The translations under genes were made by a program, and so were the position numbers. Shown one piece after another: positions 52,382 through 64,000 of a DNA stretch of 64,000 bases (position 1 is its first letter; each line of letters starts with the position of its first letter). The stretch comes from Azolla caroliniana (Eukaryota; Plantae; Polypodiophyta): positions 10,292,001 to 10,356,000 of the forward strand of contig JBHGNT010000012.1 of assembly GCA_043228905.1 (NCBI GenBank). The letters run 5' to 3'. The notes under the pieces were generated by a model. The model saw nothing but the letters and a program-made list of their open reading frames with translations, was not told the origin of the DNA and did not search any database.

Positions 52382-52805
52382 GTTATAGGCATTATGGAAA
52401 TATCGATGTAACAGACTTTATGATGCGGTAGACATTCATCTCTCAGAAGTGTTGCTTGAGATATGGGAGAACTTGCTGGCAGTAGTCCATGGCCAATATG
52501 ATAATATGCAGGGCTCCCCAGATACTGTGAACAAGAGAAGGAAAAAGCTTCTTCACTTATGGAAAAAGTTGCCCATGTTTACAATGTCAACTCAAGAGCC
52601 TCAATGGCAATATCGACTTCCATGGACTATTTCTTGAATATCAACAAATGTAAACATCTTTTACAAAGTTTGCTATTTGGTCCTAGGATGATTTTACATC
52701 ATTGTATAAGAAAAGTTGCAACCTCCTGGGCAGCTAGGTTCAAGTTGTAGCCTTTGGGCGTTTTTTCTTAATAATATTGAAGAAAACCCTTAACAAAAAA
52801 ACACA
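52382..52805 (+). mobile_element. LINE 3' end, right half of the copy split by element E
   Basis: ALWKYRCNRLYD...LLEIWENLLAVVHGQYDNMQGS; A-rich end near 52795. Confidence 0.75.
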
Positions 52806-53759
52806 TAATTAACTAGAGATAACAATTTTAAATGAGCACAAATAGGTCCACAATTAGTTAACAAGAATGTAAAAGAATACATGCGGAAGCTTAACGGACA
52901 CAATCGGGTAACAAGAGACAAGAGACAAAGAGATAAGGAAGGTTTAATGGAAAGCTTAATCAACACAACTTACGTTGGAGAGATAGAGAGAGTAGAACAC
53001 AAAAAAACTCTATTCCAAAATAATGCTCTAAAACTTTGTACATAGGATGTGCTCAGAGAGCAATTTTATACAGGTCCATTCAGACTGACAAAAGTATTGA
53101 CACGTACTTCAATGCTCATCAATGGGCCCCTACACTAACTCCCAAAATATATTCCTCCACAGAATAACTATCCAACGGCCTCCCGATTTACGCACCGCTA
53201 TGGCCTCTGGTTTACGCACCCAATGCTGAACTTGTATCTCAACACTCCCCCTCAAGCTCAACTTGAGGTTCCGCCTGCTCTTTCGGATCTTCGTTCTGGC
53301 TTCTCCTGGCTTCACGCCTCGCTTGCGCTCCTCGACCCATTCAATTCCGCGCGTCTCGATTCTTTCGGTCAACTTGTCTGCTCATGCAACCTTTCTCAGC
53401 TCCCTTGTTGTCATGGTGTTGGCACCTCTTCCGCTGCCCTTTCCTCCGCTTGGCCTTTAGTTGATTCGGCGTCTCCGAATCAAACATTCGTCTCTGAATC
53501 GTTTCCACACTTGCCCGAATTGGCTGTCTCCAATTCGTCTTCTGTCTTCAGGCCCTTAGCCACATCAAACCATGTCTTGGTCTTGGCCTTCTTGGCCTTC
53601 TTGGTTTCATTTCCCCCTTGTTCAGCTGACTCTGGCTCTTCCCTTTGGTTGTTGCCCTTGTTTCTACCTTCGTCTTCTTCATTCGAACTGAAATTGAATT
53701 CTTCATTCAACTCGACTTTGCGGTCATTTCCGCTCCTTTCATGCTCCCTTTCCTAGTCT

Positions 53760-56240
53760 TTTCTCCCCTCAAGTTCGGCACGTTGAGGTGCCACAAACCA
53801 AGCGCACCTGAGAATTACCGCAACTTGTCGAGACGAAGGGGCTTGGTGAAGATGTCGGAAGTCTGCCAATCCATCAGAACGTATACCAGTTCGACTTCAC
53901 TAGAGAGGACACACTCGTGGACAAAATGGTAGTGCACCTCAATGTGCTTTGTCCGGGCGTGGAAGATAGGGTTCTTCACAAGTTGGATGCTGCTGAGGTT
54001 GTCGTAGTAGATTGTTGTCGGAGCGGACACCTCCACTTGCAGATCCTTCACTAGCCTCTTGAGGCAAATGGCTTCGCATGTCGCGATAGCCGCTCCTCGA
54101 TACTTAGTCTCCGTGCTCAACAATGCAACTGTCGGTTGCTTCAAGCTGCTCCAGGCGATCGCGGCGCTCCCAAGTGAGAAAGCGAGAAAGCGAACCCAGA
54201 TGTGGATCTATGAATACTGGCTTTTCTGGCTCAATCGGAATCCGAGTAGCCGACAAGTTGTTCAGCAATACTGGTCCGATATAGCAGTGCCCTATCGTTA
54301 GTGCCACAGACATAGCACAATATCCTATGTGCGCACTAAAGGTGTTCAGTTGTGGGCTACGACATAAATTGACTGATCAAGCCGCCTGGGTAACTGAGAT
54401 CCGACCGTGTGATCATTAAATAAATTAGGCTTCCGACAATTTGTCGGAACTATGTCGGCTCACATGCCATTCCCGAATCTTGTGCAAAGCTTGACGTTTT
54501 TGTCCAGGGGAGTTGAGATGGACTTACAGTCTACCATCCCAAATTTGAAGAGCATACTCAGCACGTAATGTCATTGGATGATCAGTATGCCTTCGGGGGT
54601 GCGGATCCCTTCGATCCCTAGAAAGTAATGAAGGTCCCCTAGGTCCTTCATGTCGAATAATGCCGTGAGCTGGGACTTTACGCGACAAATTTCATCTTTG
54701 TCGGCGCCGGCGATGACTAAATCATCAACATAAAGTAAAATATTAACCAGTCCATGTCGACCTTGCCGGACGAATAATGAAGATTCTAATTTGGATGAGA
54801 TTGTAACACGAGTTTGGTTCGGGGGTTATAACACTTATAACCCTTCTTTTCGTCTAAGTAGCCAACCAAGATACACTTCTCGGCTCTAGCATCCAACTTC
54901 CTCCGTTTCTCCATTGGCACATGCACATACGCGATGCTACCGAAGACCCTCAAGTGTGCCAAGTTCGGCTTCTTCTTGAAGTACAACTCATGTGGCGACA
55001 CTCCTTCAATGGCAGATGGCCGATTCTGAAGGTAGACAGATGTTTTGACCACTCCGGCCCAATAAAATTCTCTCATGTGGATAACTCGAGAACTGGACCG
55101 AGCAGTACTCCTTCCTGCCATCAGACCTTAGACACTTGATCTTTCACCTGGTTTCCCTTTCCACAAGGCTCCTCACCTTCAGGAAACACACGAAGACTTC
55201 GCTCTTTTTTGTGATCAAGCATGCCCAAGTGTGCCGAGTGAATTCATCGATGAAGGTTACGAAGTAACGGCTTCCTCTGATGCTCTCGTTCCGTGCATTT
55301 CCCCATATATCCGAATGGATCACATCGAGCTGATTTTGACTCTGATTATGCTTGTTGGGAAATGGAAGTCGATGTTGCTTCCTGACCTGGCAGGCTTCGT
55401 AGACTTGGCCGTTTCGGCCACTAAATTTCGGCAAACCGAAAACGATGTTCTTGGTCTGCATTTCACGAAGTCGCCGGAAGTTAACATGGCCGAATCGCTT
55501 GTGCCATAGGTCGATGTCTGACTCGACCTTCTGTCCTTTCACGAACAACGCGGTTCTGACTTCATTGGTATTGAGGATGAACATCCTCCCTTCTCGGTGC
55601 CCTTGTGCAATGACTTTCCACTCTTCTTCGAAGTAGGAACCGAGATGCGTGAATCGAACTTGCATCCCCTGGTCGACGATCTGTCCAACCGACACCAGGT
55701 TCTTTGTTATTGTCGAGACATGTAACACATTGATGAGTTTCCATTTTTGACCGACGTGGCTGAGGGGAACTTCACCGACATGTTCGATGTTATGCTGAAT
55801 GTCATCTCCAGTTTCGACCACTGCTTGTTTTTCCAGTTTCTCCAAGTACGAGAACCATTACTCATGACTTGTCATATGGTTTGATGCTCCGGAGTCAACT
55901 TACCACACCTCGTTCGGGTTCGAGGTATTCACCGCCATCAAATTGTCTTTGTGCTTCATTACCAAGCCTGGGCACGATCCATTTTTGGCTCGTTCGGAGC
56001 CCTCAGTGTAGTGCGATCGTTGCTGATTTCCTTGCTCGGTCCGCCCGGAGCCGGTTGTGGTTTTATCCGAATCGGCGCGTTCCTTCCAATACTCGCTCTG
56101 CCTATGGCCTTTCTTGCCACAATACCAACATTCTGCAGTAGGTTTTCCTTGCAGGTTTCCGGCGCCGCCTCGACTCCCTCTACTTCCAGAGGGTTTGGAA
56201 CTACTGTTGGCATTACGACCATGCCTTCCATCTTGCTCCT
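53760..56240 (-). pseudogene. Copia F gag knuckle and pol, with an internal deletion near 54800
   Basis: CWYCGKKGH, DSGASNHM, LWHKRFGH, HSDIWG, LRVFGS, LLYVDDL, HARTKHIEVHYHF. Confidence 0.88.
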
Positions 56241-56299
56241 TGTTGTTGCAATGCTACCTCGAGTCTTGCCATATCATGACACAATCTCCCCCTTAAAGA

Positions 56300-59200
56300 C
56301 AACGAGTGGAATGAGTCGGCGTTGATTGCGGATCGGGTTTGTCCGGATACTTTCGGTGGAAATCAGCAAGAAGATCCTGAGCATTGGCAACATGCTCGAC
56401 GGGTTCCCAAGTACGTTCGCTCGGACTATAACCAAGCCAATCGACCAAATAATAAATTTTGTTCCGAACAAGTTAGGAATTGAGGATGGCAGTAACTTCA
56501 TACTCCGGGCCGACGTCCAACTCCGGCAGGGGCGGCGGTGGTGTAACACGATCGGGAATGGTGTTTGCTTTATAAGGTTCAAGAAGAGAACAATGGAAAA
56601 CCGGATGTATCTGAAGCTCCGGAGGGAGATCAAGGCGAAATGTGACATAATTAACCTTACCTGTAATACGGAAAGGACCGAGTCGTCAATAATCCAACTT
56701 GTCGCACGGTCGAGTAGTCTTGATGTGACAACGTAAGAGCTATACTCGATCTCCGATGGCAAAAGAGGAGGGAATCCAATGACGATCCGCATAATTCTTC
56801 TGTGTGTGTTGAGCATGACGAAGGTGAGTAGAGAGATCCATTTGGATTTTGCGTAGCCTCTCCAAATGATCCTCAGCACGAGGGTTGGTAGGTAGCTCCG
56901 GGGTGTCGATCACCGACCAACGAGGATGGAAACCGGTATAAGCGAAAAATGGGGAGACCCGAGTCGAGGAGTGAATAGCATTATTATACGCAAACTCCAC
57001 AAAGTGGAGAATCTCAGCCCAATCGTCCTGTTGATAACTCAGGAAACACCGGAGATATTGTTCTAGTGTTTGGTTTGTTCGTTCCGCCTTCCCATCGGTC
57101 TGGGGATGGTAGTCGGAGGAGAGGTTGCAAGAGACCTTGAGCATCTTCAGGAGATGTTGCCAAAATTTGGAAACGAATTGAGGTCCTCGGTCACTGATGA
57201 TACTGTTTGGGTGGCCATGATGCCGAAATACCTCACGCATGACGAGGGCGACAGTTTCCTCGCTAGTGATAGCCTTACTACATGGCACAAAATGTGCTAT
57301 CTTCGTATATCGATCGACGACGGTTAAGATAGCATCGAACCCATTTGAGACCGGTAGATCGGTGATAAAATCAAGACAAATAGATTACCATGGCTTACTT
57401 GGAATTGGTAAGGGTTCCAACAAGCCATATGGATGGTGTCATGGCATCTTTGCTCGACAGCATGCATCACTGGTCCGAACATAGTCGTCGACAAAACGGC
57501 GCATGTGGGGCCACCAAAAAGATCGTTGCACTAGATCTAACGTCTTAGTACTACCGAAATGTCCCGCCGTATGGGTATCATGACAATTCTGGACGATTTG
57601 AAGGCGATAGGAGCAATCGGGGACATATACGCGCTTTTTAAAGAATAACAAATCATCATGATATTCGAATTGTCGGTAGTCAATACCTAGTTGTTGAGAC
57701 TGAGAACAGGATGCCCGAGAAGTATCAATGTGCGCTAGGATGTCTTGAGCAAAACTATCCGTCTTCAAGTTTGCACGTATGTCATCGGTAATCCGGGAAT
57801 CCATCGAGGTGTGAAAAATCCGCGTTGTGTGCAATCGTGTTGGTCCCAAGATTACTTGCTTTTGATTATCAAATGCTGGATCACCAGGACGAGGTGCAAG
57901 ATATGAACGTTGTGATAGTGCATCTGATTTTCCTTGCTGCTTCCCCGGTTGATATGTGATTTCGAAGTCGAAACGCGTGAGGAATTGAGCCCACCGAGTT
58001 TGCCGTCGATTTAGTACACGAGCATTCTGGAAATAAGAAAATTTTTTATGATCACTAAAGACAATGACCTGATGTGGAGAGCCCTCTAAGAAATGCCGCC
58101 ATTGCACAAATGAATCCACGATGGCTAAGAACTCCTTGTCATGTATTTCGTAGTTGATTTCCGCGACATCGAATTTGCGCGAACGGAAAGCTACAGGATG
58201 TAACTCTTCTTTATCTCCTTGTTGAGAAAGGATGATACCGAGGGCGAAATCTGATGCGTCGGCCTCCATGATGAATGGTTTGCTTGTATCCACATGAGCT
58301 AGAATCGGTGCTGATGTAAATGCTTTCTTAAGATGCCGAAAAGCCATATTTGCTTCATTGGACCAAAGAAATTCTTGTCCCTTCTTCGTAAGTTGTGTGA
58401 GAGGTAAAATAATCTTCGAGTAATCCTGTATAAACTTACGGTAGAAGTTAGCAAAACCTAGAAAATATTGTACATCTTGTATCGACCATCCATGGCAATG
58501 CCCTTTGAGGAGATGACATAGCCTAGAAATTCCACTTGCTTGCAGTCAAAGCTACATTTTTCTAGCTTGGCATAAAGACCATTCTCGCGGAGTCGCTTCA
58601 GTACTAATAGTACATGAGAATCGTGCTCTTCCTGGGTCTTCGAGTAAATCAATAGATCATCCAGATAGATGATCAAACAGATATCCAAGAGGTCTCTGAT
58701 TATATCATTTGCCATGTGTTGGAAGACTGCAGGTGCATTGGTTAGGGCGAACGGCATAACAGTATACTCGAAATGCCCATACCGCGTGCGAAAGGCGGTC
58801 TTCCATTCACCTCCCGGTCGGATCCGCACGAGGTTATATGCTCCTCATAGATCAATTTTGGTAAAAAACTTGGCACCATTAACTCACTCTAAAGGACTTG
58901 AGATAAGAGGAAGTGCATACCTATTCCGGATGGTGACCTTATTCAATCCGCGGTAATCAACGACGAGACGAAGTGAGCCATCTTTCTTCTTGACAAAGAA
59001 GATGGGTGCACCGGCCGGAGATTTCGAATGACGGATGAACCCGCTTGCCAAGTTCTCCTCTATGTAGGCTCGAAGGACTTCTAACTTGGTGGGTGACAAG
59101 TTGTAAATTGGTCCCCATGGTGGCTCGGTTCCTGTTGTAAATCGATGGGACAGTTATAGGGACGGTGATGAGGAAGGGTACCGGCTTTTACCTTGTCAAA

Positions 59201-60787
59201 TACATCGGCATAAGGATGATATTTTGTCAGAAGTTATACTGAGGATTCCTTCTTAATAGTGCTGGAAGGATGTACTGAAATAGGAACATTGCCTCCTTGT
59301 GTCCTTCTTCGCGTAATTGATGGAGTGAAATGGTCGAAACTCGGTGAGTAGATTATTGGGGTTGTCGATATCGGACTTCTCTTGTTCTCCAATCTATGGC
59401 TGGATTATGTAATTCAAACCAAGGTAATCCTAGGACAATGGGATGCTCTGGACTACTAATTATATTAAATGATACTACACACACAAACTACCTAGGACAA
59501 CTTGAATGGGTTCTGATTCTTCTACAATATTCCTGGAAGCAATGGGACGACCATCAATGACTACTACAGATGCGGGACAAGGAAGTTTTCTTAAGGATAT
59601 CTGAGAAGCTTGGGCAAAATTTCGATCCATGAAACAGGAATCAGCTCCGGAATCTAAAAGTGCTAGGATGGGTACTAGGGGAGTACTTTTAGTACTAACA
59701 ATGACTTGGGCTACTAACTTGCTTGGAAGGAATGAAACCACTAATGGGCTGTACAGATCTAGGGCTAGTGTCCAACCAAACGGCTCCTATTTTGGCTGGA
59801 CTCAATCATTTAACTCTTCATCTAATTGACTAAGGATTTCAAATTTGTTTGAGATACTTGGGCTATTAGTACTATGAATACTATCTGACACTCTATTAGT
59901 ACTATTAATACTATCAGACACTCCGAAGGGAAGAATTGACTCGGGTTTAGTACAGGCGACGATTTGATTTACCTATCTTCTTGGCCTATGGGGACAATTG
60001 ATGGCGATATGCCCTGGTCCACTACAATAAAGACATAATCGATTGGCACGTCGTCGTTGCTTTCTTCTTCCGATAATGGGCCGCATCGATGCATGGTGTC
60101 GATCTCCATCAGTGTCGGAATATTGGCTTGAGGTATGTCGCATGCAAATGGTTTAGCCGTGACTGAGGCGTATGTGGGTTCTAGCCGAGAGCGAGGTATT
60201 TGTAACTGACGTTCTGAACACCATTCGAAAAGGCGGTTGTCACATCGGACTGCTCGACTCATTGCCTCCGTAAGAGACTTTGGTTCTTCGGGGAAGGTTA
60301 AAACCAAGTCTTTGACATCGTTGCGCAAGCCATAGCGAAACTGCTCCATGAGGGCCTGATCATCCCAGGGGATATCTGAGGTGAGTAGACGGAAATCCGC
60401 CGTGTAGGCAGAGGCTGGACGATCGCCTTGACACAATCTTCGGATTTTGTTGATCGCCGTCCTAATGCTGTCAGTATCTCTAAAGCAGGCTTTAAACTCA
60501 CTAATAAAATCTTCAAAGTTATTAAGCAAGGCAATTGTTTTTCTAGAAGTGGAGCGAACCATGCCAAGGCTGAGCCACTAAGTAATGTGCCTATTAGGCC
60601 GACTCGAGATGCATAAGTAGGATATCGGGAAGGATGCATCTGGATGACTAAGCGTACCTGATTAAGGAATCCCTGGAATTTCGATCACGTTCCATCAAAT
60701 TTTCACAGGAAGTCCAATCTTGGGCTCTTTATGAAATCCTTGGCGACTTGATCCTTGTTGTTGCAACGCTTCTTCGAGTCTGGCCAT
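56300..60787 (-). pseudogene. Element G gag-pol with group I-type chromodomain
   Basis: KEPKIGLPVKFDG gag, [55 protein letters not shown]...YLVDWLGY...TWEP; frameshifted. Confidence 0.9.
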
Positions 60788-60807
60788 ATCATGACACTAT
60801 CTCCCCT

Positions 60808-62335
60808 TTAAAGACGGCGATTGGAATGAGTCGGCGCTGATTGCGGACCAAGTTTGTCTGGATACTTTCGGTGGAAATCAGCAAGAAGATCCTGAGCATT
60901 GGCAACATGCTCGACGGGTTCCCAAGTACGTTCGCTCGGACTATAACCGAGACAATCGACCAAATAATAAAGTTTATTGCGAACAAGTTTGGGATTGAGG
61001 ATGGCAGCAACTTCATACTCCGAGCTGACGTCCAACTCTAGTGGGGGCGGCGGTGGTGTAACACGATCGGGAATGGTGTTTGCTTTATAAGGTTCAAGAA
61101 GAGAACAATGGAAAACTAGATGTATCTGAAGCTGCTGAGGGAGATCGAGGCAGAATGTAACATCATTAACCTTACCCGTAATACGGAAAGGACCGAGTCG
61201 TCGATAATCCAACTTGTCGCATGGTCGAGTAGTCTTGATGTGACGACGTAAGAGCCATACTCGATCTCTGATGGCAAAAGAGGAGGGAATCCGATGACGA
61301 TCCGCATAAGTCTTCTGTGTGTTGAGCATGACGAAGGTGAGTAGAGAGATCCATCTGGATCTTGCGTAGCCTCTCCAAATGATCCTTGGCACGAGGGTTG
61401 CTAGGTAGCTCCGGGGTATCGATCATCGTCTAGTGAGGATAAAAACTGGTATAAGCGAAAAATGGGGAGACCCAAGTCGAGGAGTGAATAGCATTACTAT
61501 ACGCAAACTCCACAAAGTGGAGAATCTCAGCCCAATCGTCCTGTTGATAACTCAGGAAACACCGGAGATATTGTTCTAGTGTTTGGTTTGTTTGTTCCGC
61601 CTGCCCATCGGTCTAGGGATGGTAGCCGGAGGAGAGGTTGCAAGAGACCTTGAGCATCTTCAAGAGATGTTGCCAAAATTTGGAGACGAATTGAGGTCCT
61701 CGGTCACTGATGATACTATTTGGGTGGCCAATGTGCCGAAATACCTCACGCATGACGAGGGCGGCGGTTTCCTCGCTAGTGATGGCCTTAGTACACGGCA
61801 CAAAATGTGCCATCTTCGTATATCGATCGACGACGGTTAAGATAGCATCGAACCCTTTCGAGATCGGTAGATCGGTGATAAAATCAAGACAAATAGATTT
61901 CCACGACTTACTTGGAATCGGTAAGTGTTCCAACAAGCCATATGGATGGTGTTGTGGCATCTTTGCTCGACAGCAAGCATCACTGGTCCGAACGTAGTCG
62001 TCGACAAAACGGCTCATGTGGGGCCACCAAAAAGATCATTGCAATAGATCCAATGTCTTAGTACTACCGAAATGTCCCGCCGTATGGGTGTCGTGACAAT
62101 TCTGGACAATTTGAAGGCGACAGGAGCAATCAGGGACATATACGCGCTTTTTAAAGAATAACAAATCATCATGATATTCGAATTGTCAGTAGTCAATACG
62201 TGGTTGTTGAAACTGAGAACAAGATGTCCGAGAAGTATCAATGTGCGCCAGGATGTCTTGAGCAAAACTATCCGTCTTCAAGTTTGCACGTATGTCATTA
62301 GTAATCCGTGAATCCATCAGGGTGTAAAAATCCAC
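60808..62335 (-). pseudogene. Second copy of the G integrase and chromodomain
   Basis: Aligns to 56300-57820 with scattered substitutions. Confidence 0.9.
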
Positions 62336-62615
62336 AATTAGCGCTAAGAGGCTAAGTACAAAGTCGCTAAGAGGCTTAAGACTGGCGTTGGACCAATTTG
62401 GTTCAAAACAATGCCTTGTGCCTCCTTTTATAGTGTTTTTAGGAATAATCCTGAAGTTTCTAGAATGTTCCAGAGAGATCTGGAATATACATCAATTTTC
62501 TATGATAAAACGTAAATGAAAATAATATCCTACAAATTACAATTCATAGTCTAATGGTAAGAGCTCAATCCATGTAGCATAAGGTCATGGGTTCGAGTCT
62601 TGTCATATCATGACA
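62336..62615 (-). repeat. Truncated 5' LTR of G
   Basis: Starts TGTCATGATATGACA; minus-strand CTATAAAAGG near 62430; fused directly to pol at ~62335. Confidence 0.75.
62540..62610 (+). other. Degenerate tRNA-like cassette in LTR G
   Basis: TAGTCTAATGGTAAGAGC...AGGTCATGGGTTCGAGTCTTGT; 34 nt between GG and TTCGA. Confidence 0.65.
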
Positions 62616-62930
62616 CTGGTTGTGGTGCTCGCGGCGAAAATCTTTTTCAAATTTCCCCAAGCATCCTTCGGCATCCTCACATCCCAAATGTAGCTCAAAA
62701 GCGGGTCACTCACACAGGATGCGAAGTAGTAGAGAACTCTACTTGTTGCATGTTCCTAGGTCGGGAAATCTATGTGTGTTGTTTGGGTGTTGCGTCATTA
62801 GCTCCATCGACATAACTCTAGTAGCCATGCCCGAGCAGGTTCTAGTGCATCTTGTACGACTAGGATATGTAGTTGCTTTTATCGTGCTTCTCCATCAGAA
62901 GCGAGCTAGCCATTCCTCTGTCCATTCTTT
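62616..62930 (-). pseudogene. Copia F gag N-terminus
   Basis: MASSLLMEK.DKSNYIS*SYKMH...AKDAWGNLKKIFAASTTT with TGG-to-TAG stops. Confidence 0.8.
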
Positions 62931-64000
62931 CCTTCTTCTGTTCTTCACGGTGATTAGGGTTTGTCTGTTTGTCAGCAACAAAGGATCACAACCCTCGCGC
63001 TCTGATACCATGTAAAAGAATACGTGTGGAAGCTTAACAGACACAACCGAGTAACAACAGAAAAAAGACAAGAGACAAGGAAGGTTTAATGGAAAGCTTA
63101 ATCAACACAACGTACATGGGAGAGACAGAGAGTGTAGAACACAGAAAAACTCTATTCCAAAACAATACTCTAAAACTCTATACATAGGATGTGCTCAGAG
63201 AGAACTTTTATACAAGTCCATACGGACTGACCGAAGTACTGACACGTACCTCAATGGTCTTCAATGAGCCCCTACACTAACTCCCAAAATATATTCCTCT
63301 ACAAAATATCTATCCAACGGCCTCCTGGTTTACACACCGCTATGGCCTCTCGTTGCACACCCGGTTTACGAACCCAATGTTGAGCTTGTATCTCAACAAT
63401 GAAGGAATACAAAAGATAGAGTAGAAATTGCCCTCATTACTCAAGGACTAAGCTACTGCTTAGGGTTACCCCTAACTCAATAACAAAAACAATCACTTGT
63501 AAAATAATGTTAAACTTTTTAATTACCCCCAAAAAACTCCTTCCATTAGTTATAAAATTTTACAGATGAGAGTGTTATATACAAATCCATGTAGGGATGC
63601 GATAGTTCCATCTTATGTCGATGCCCACTGACTCAAGAAATGGAGAGGACAACCATTCTTGGATGAAGGCTAGTTGTTGTCTTTCAACTCCATTGGATTC
63701 GGCCGTGAGGCCATCATATTTTGGCTCTTTAGAGTGGCTACAAGTTCACTTCATATCTCTTGCATTAACATTACTTGATGCACGGTTTGATTGGAGAAGA
63801 CTCATCTACACTGTTGTTTCCATAGAATCCAAAGAGTTATCGGGCTAACCAATTCCAACACAACTTGAGTTTTGGCATTAATAGGAGTTGAGTGGATATT
63901 GCCGATGGTGTGAAAAAACCCCTCTTGTGCTTTTATCACCAAATTCATCCCCACTTGATGTTCGTACTTGTCAACTACTGTCTGCCATGATAACGAACAT

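Larger units (their letters stand above)
56281..62615 (-). mobile_element. Tcn1-like chromovirus G in tandem: partial LTR, partial pol, LTR stub, gag-pol, LTR stub
   Basis: LTR start TGTCATGATATG at 62615, 60796 and 56281 (the last two follow PPT AAGGGGGAGA / AAAGGGGAGA); duplicated integrase-chromodomain regions 56300-57820 and 60810-62335. Confidence 0.88.
52868..63398 (-). mobile_element. Ty1/copia element F containing nested gypsy G
   Basis: LTRs 52868-53243 and 63011-63398 (TGTAAAAGAA...TCTCAACA); PBS TGGTATCAGAGC 63010-62999; PPT TGAGGGGGAG before 53243; imperfect TSD AAGAA / ATGAA. Confidence 0.9.

Noticed and set aside
62540-62610. Functional tRNA genes here and at 4466 and 17180
   Set aside because: Acceptor and anticodon stems do not pair; kept only as tRNA-like cassettes.
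63400-64000. Possible gene or TE fragment at the window end
   Set aside because: No diagnostic motif could be identified.

Overview
Eukaryotic, transposon-dense land-plant DNA, most likely a moss or other non-seed plant (inferred from Tcn1-like chromoviruses and Arg-primed non-chromoviruses). Only one host gene looks intact: a 4-exon LPR1/LPR2-type multicopper oxidase (minus strand, 38499-35165). The rest is nested mobile DNA. At 1-17890, gypsy A (+) and a very young chromovirus C (identical LTRs) both sit inside gypsy B (-), which abuts an older LTR. At 17.9-26.2 kb is a decayed Sola2-like DNA transposon with a spliced RING plus FCP1/NIF cargo gene. At 26.7-34.5 kb is a three-LTR copia carrying two solo LTRs and a 438-bp foldback element. 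Further right are LINE 3' fragments, a pol-less gypsy E with an accessory ORF (46603-52376), and copia F (52868-63398) containing a tandem Tcn1-like gypsy G. Most interesting signals: (1) a second tRNA-Arg-type primer-binding-like site where element E should have its polypurine tract; (2) antisense tRNA-like A/B-box cassettes in the U3 of three LTRs; (3) a GGAUUUU slippery site plus pseudoknot between protease and RT in gypsy A; (4) the TGT..ACA foldback element with a 5-bp TSD; (5) a repeated LTR-stub/gag junction in gypsy G. All calls were made by eye; no database searches were run.
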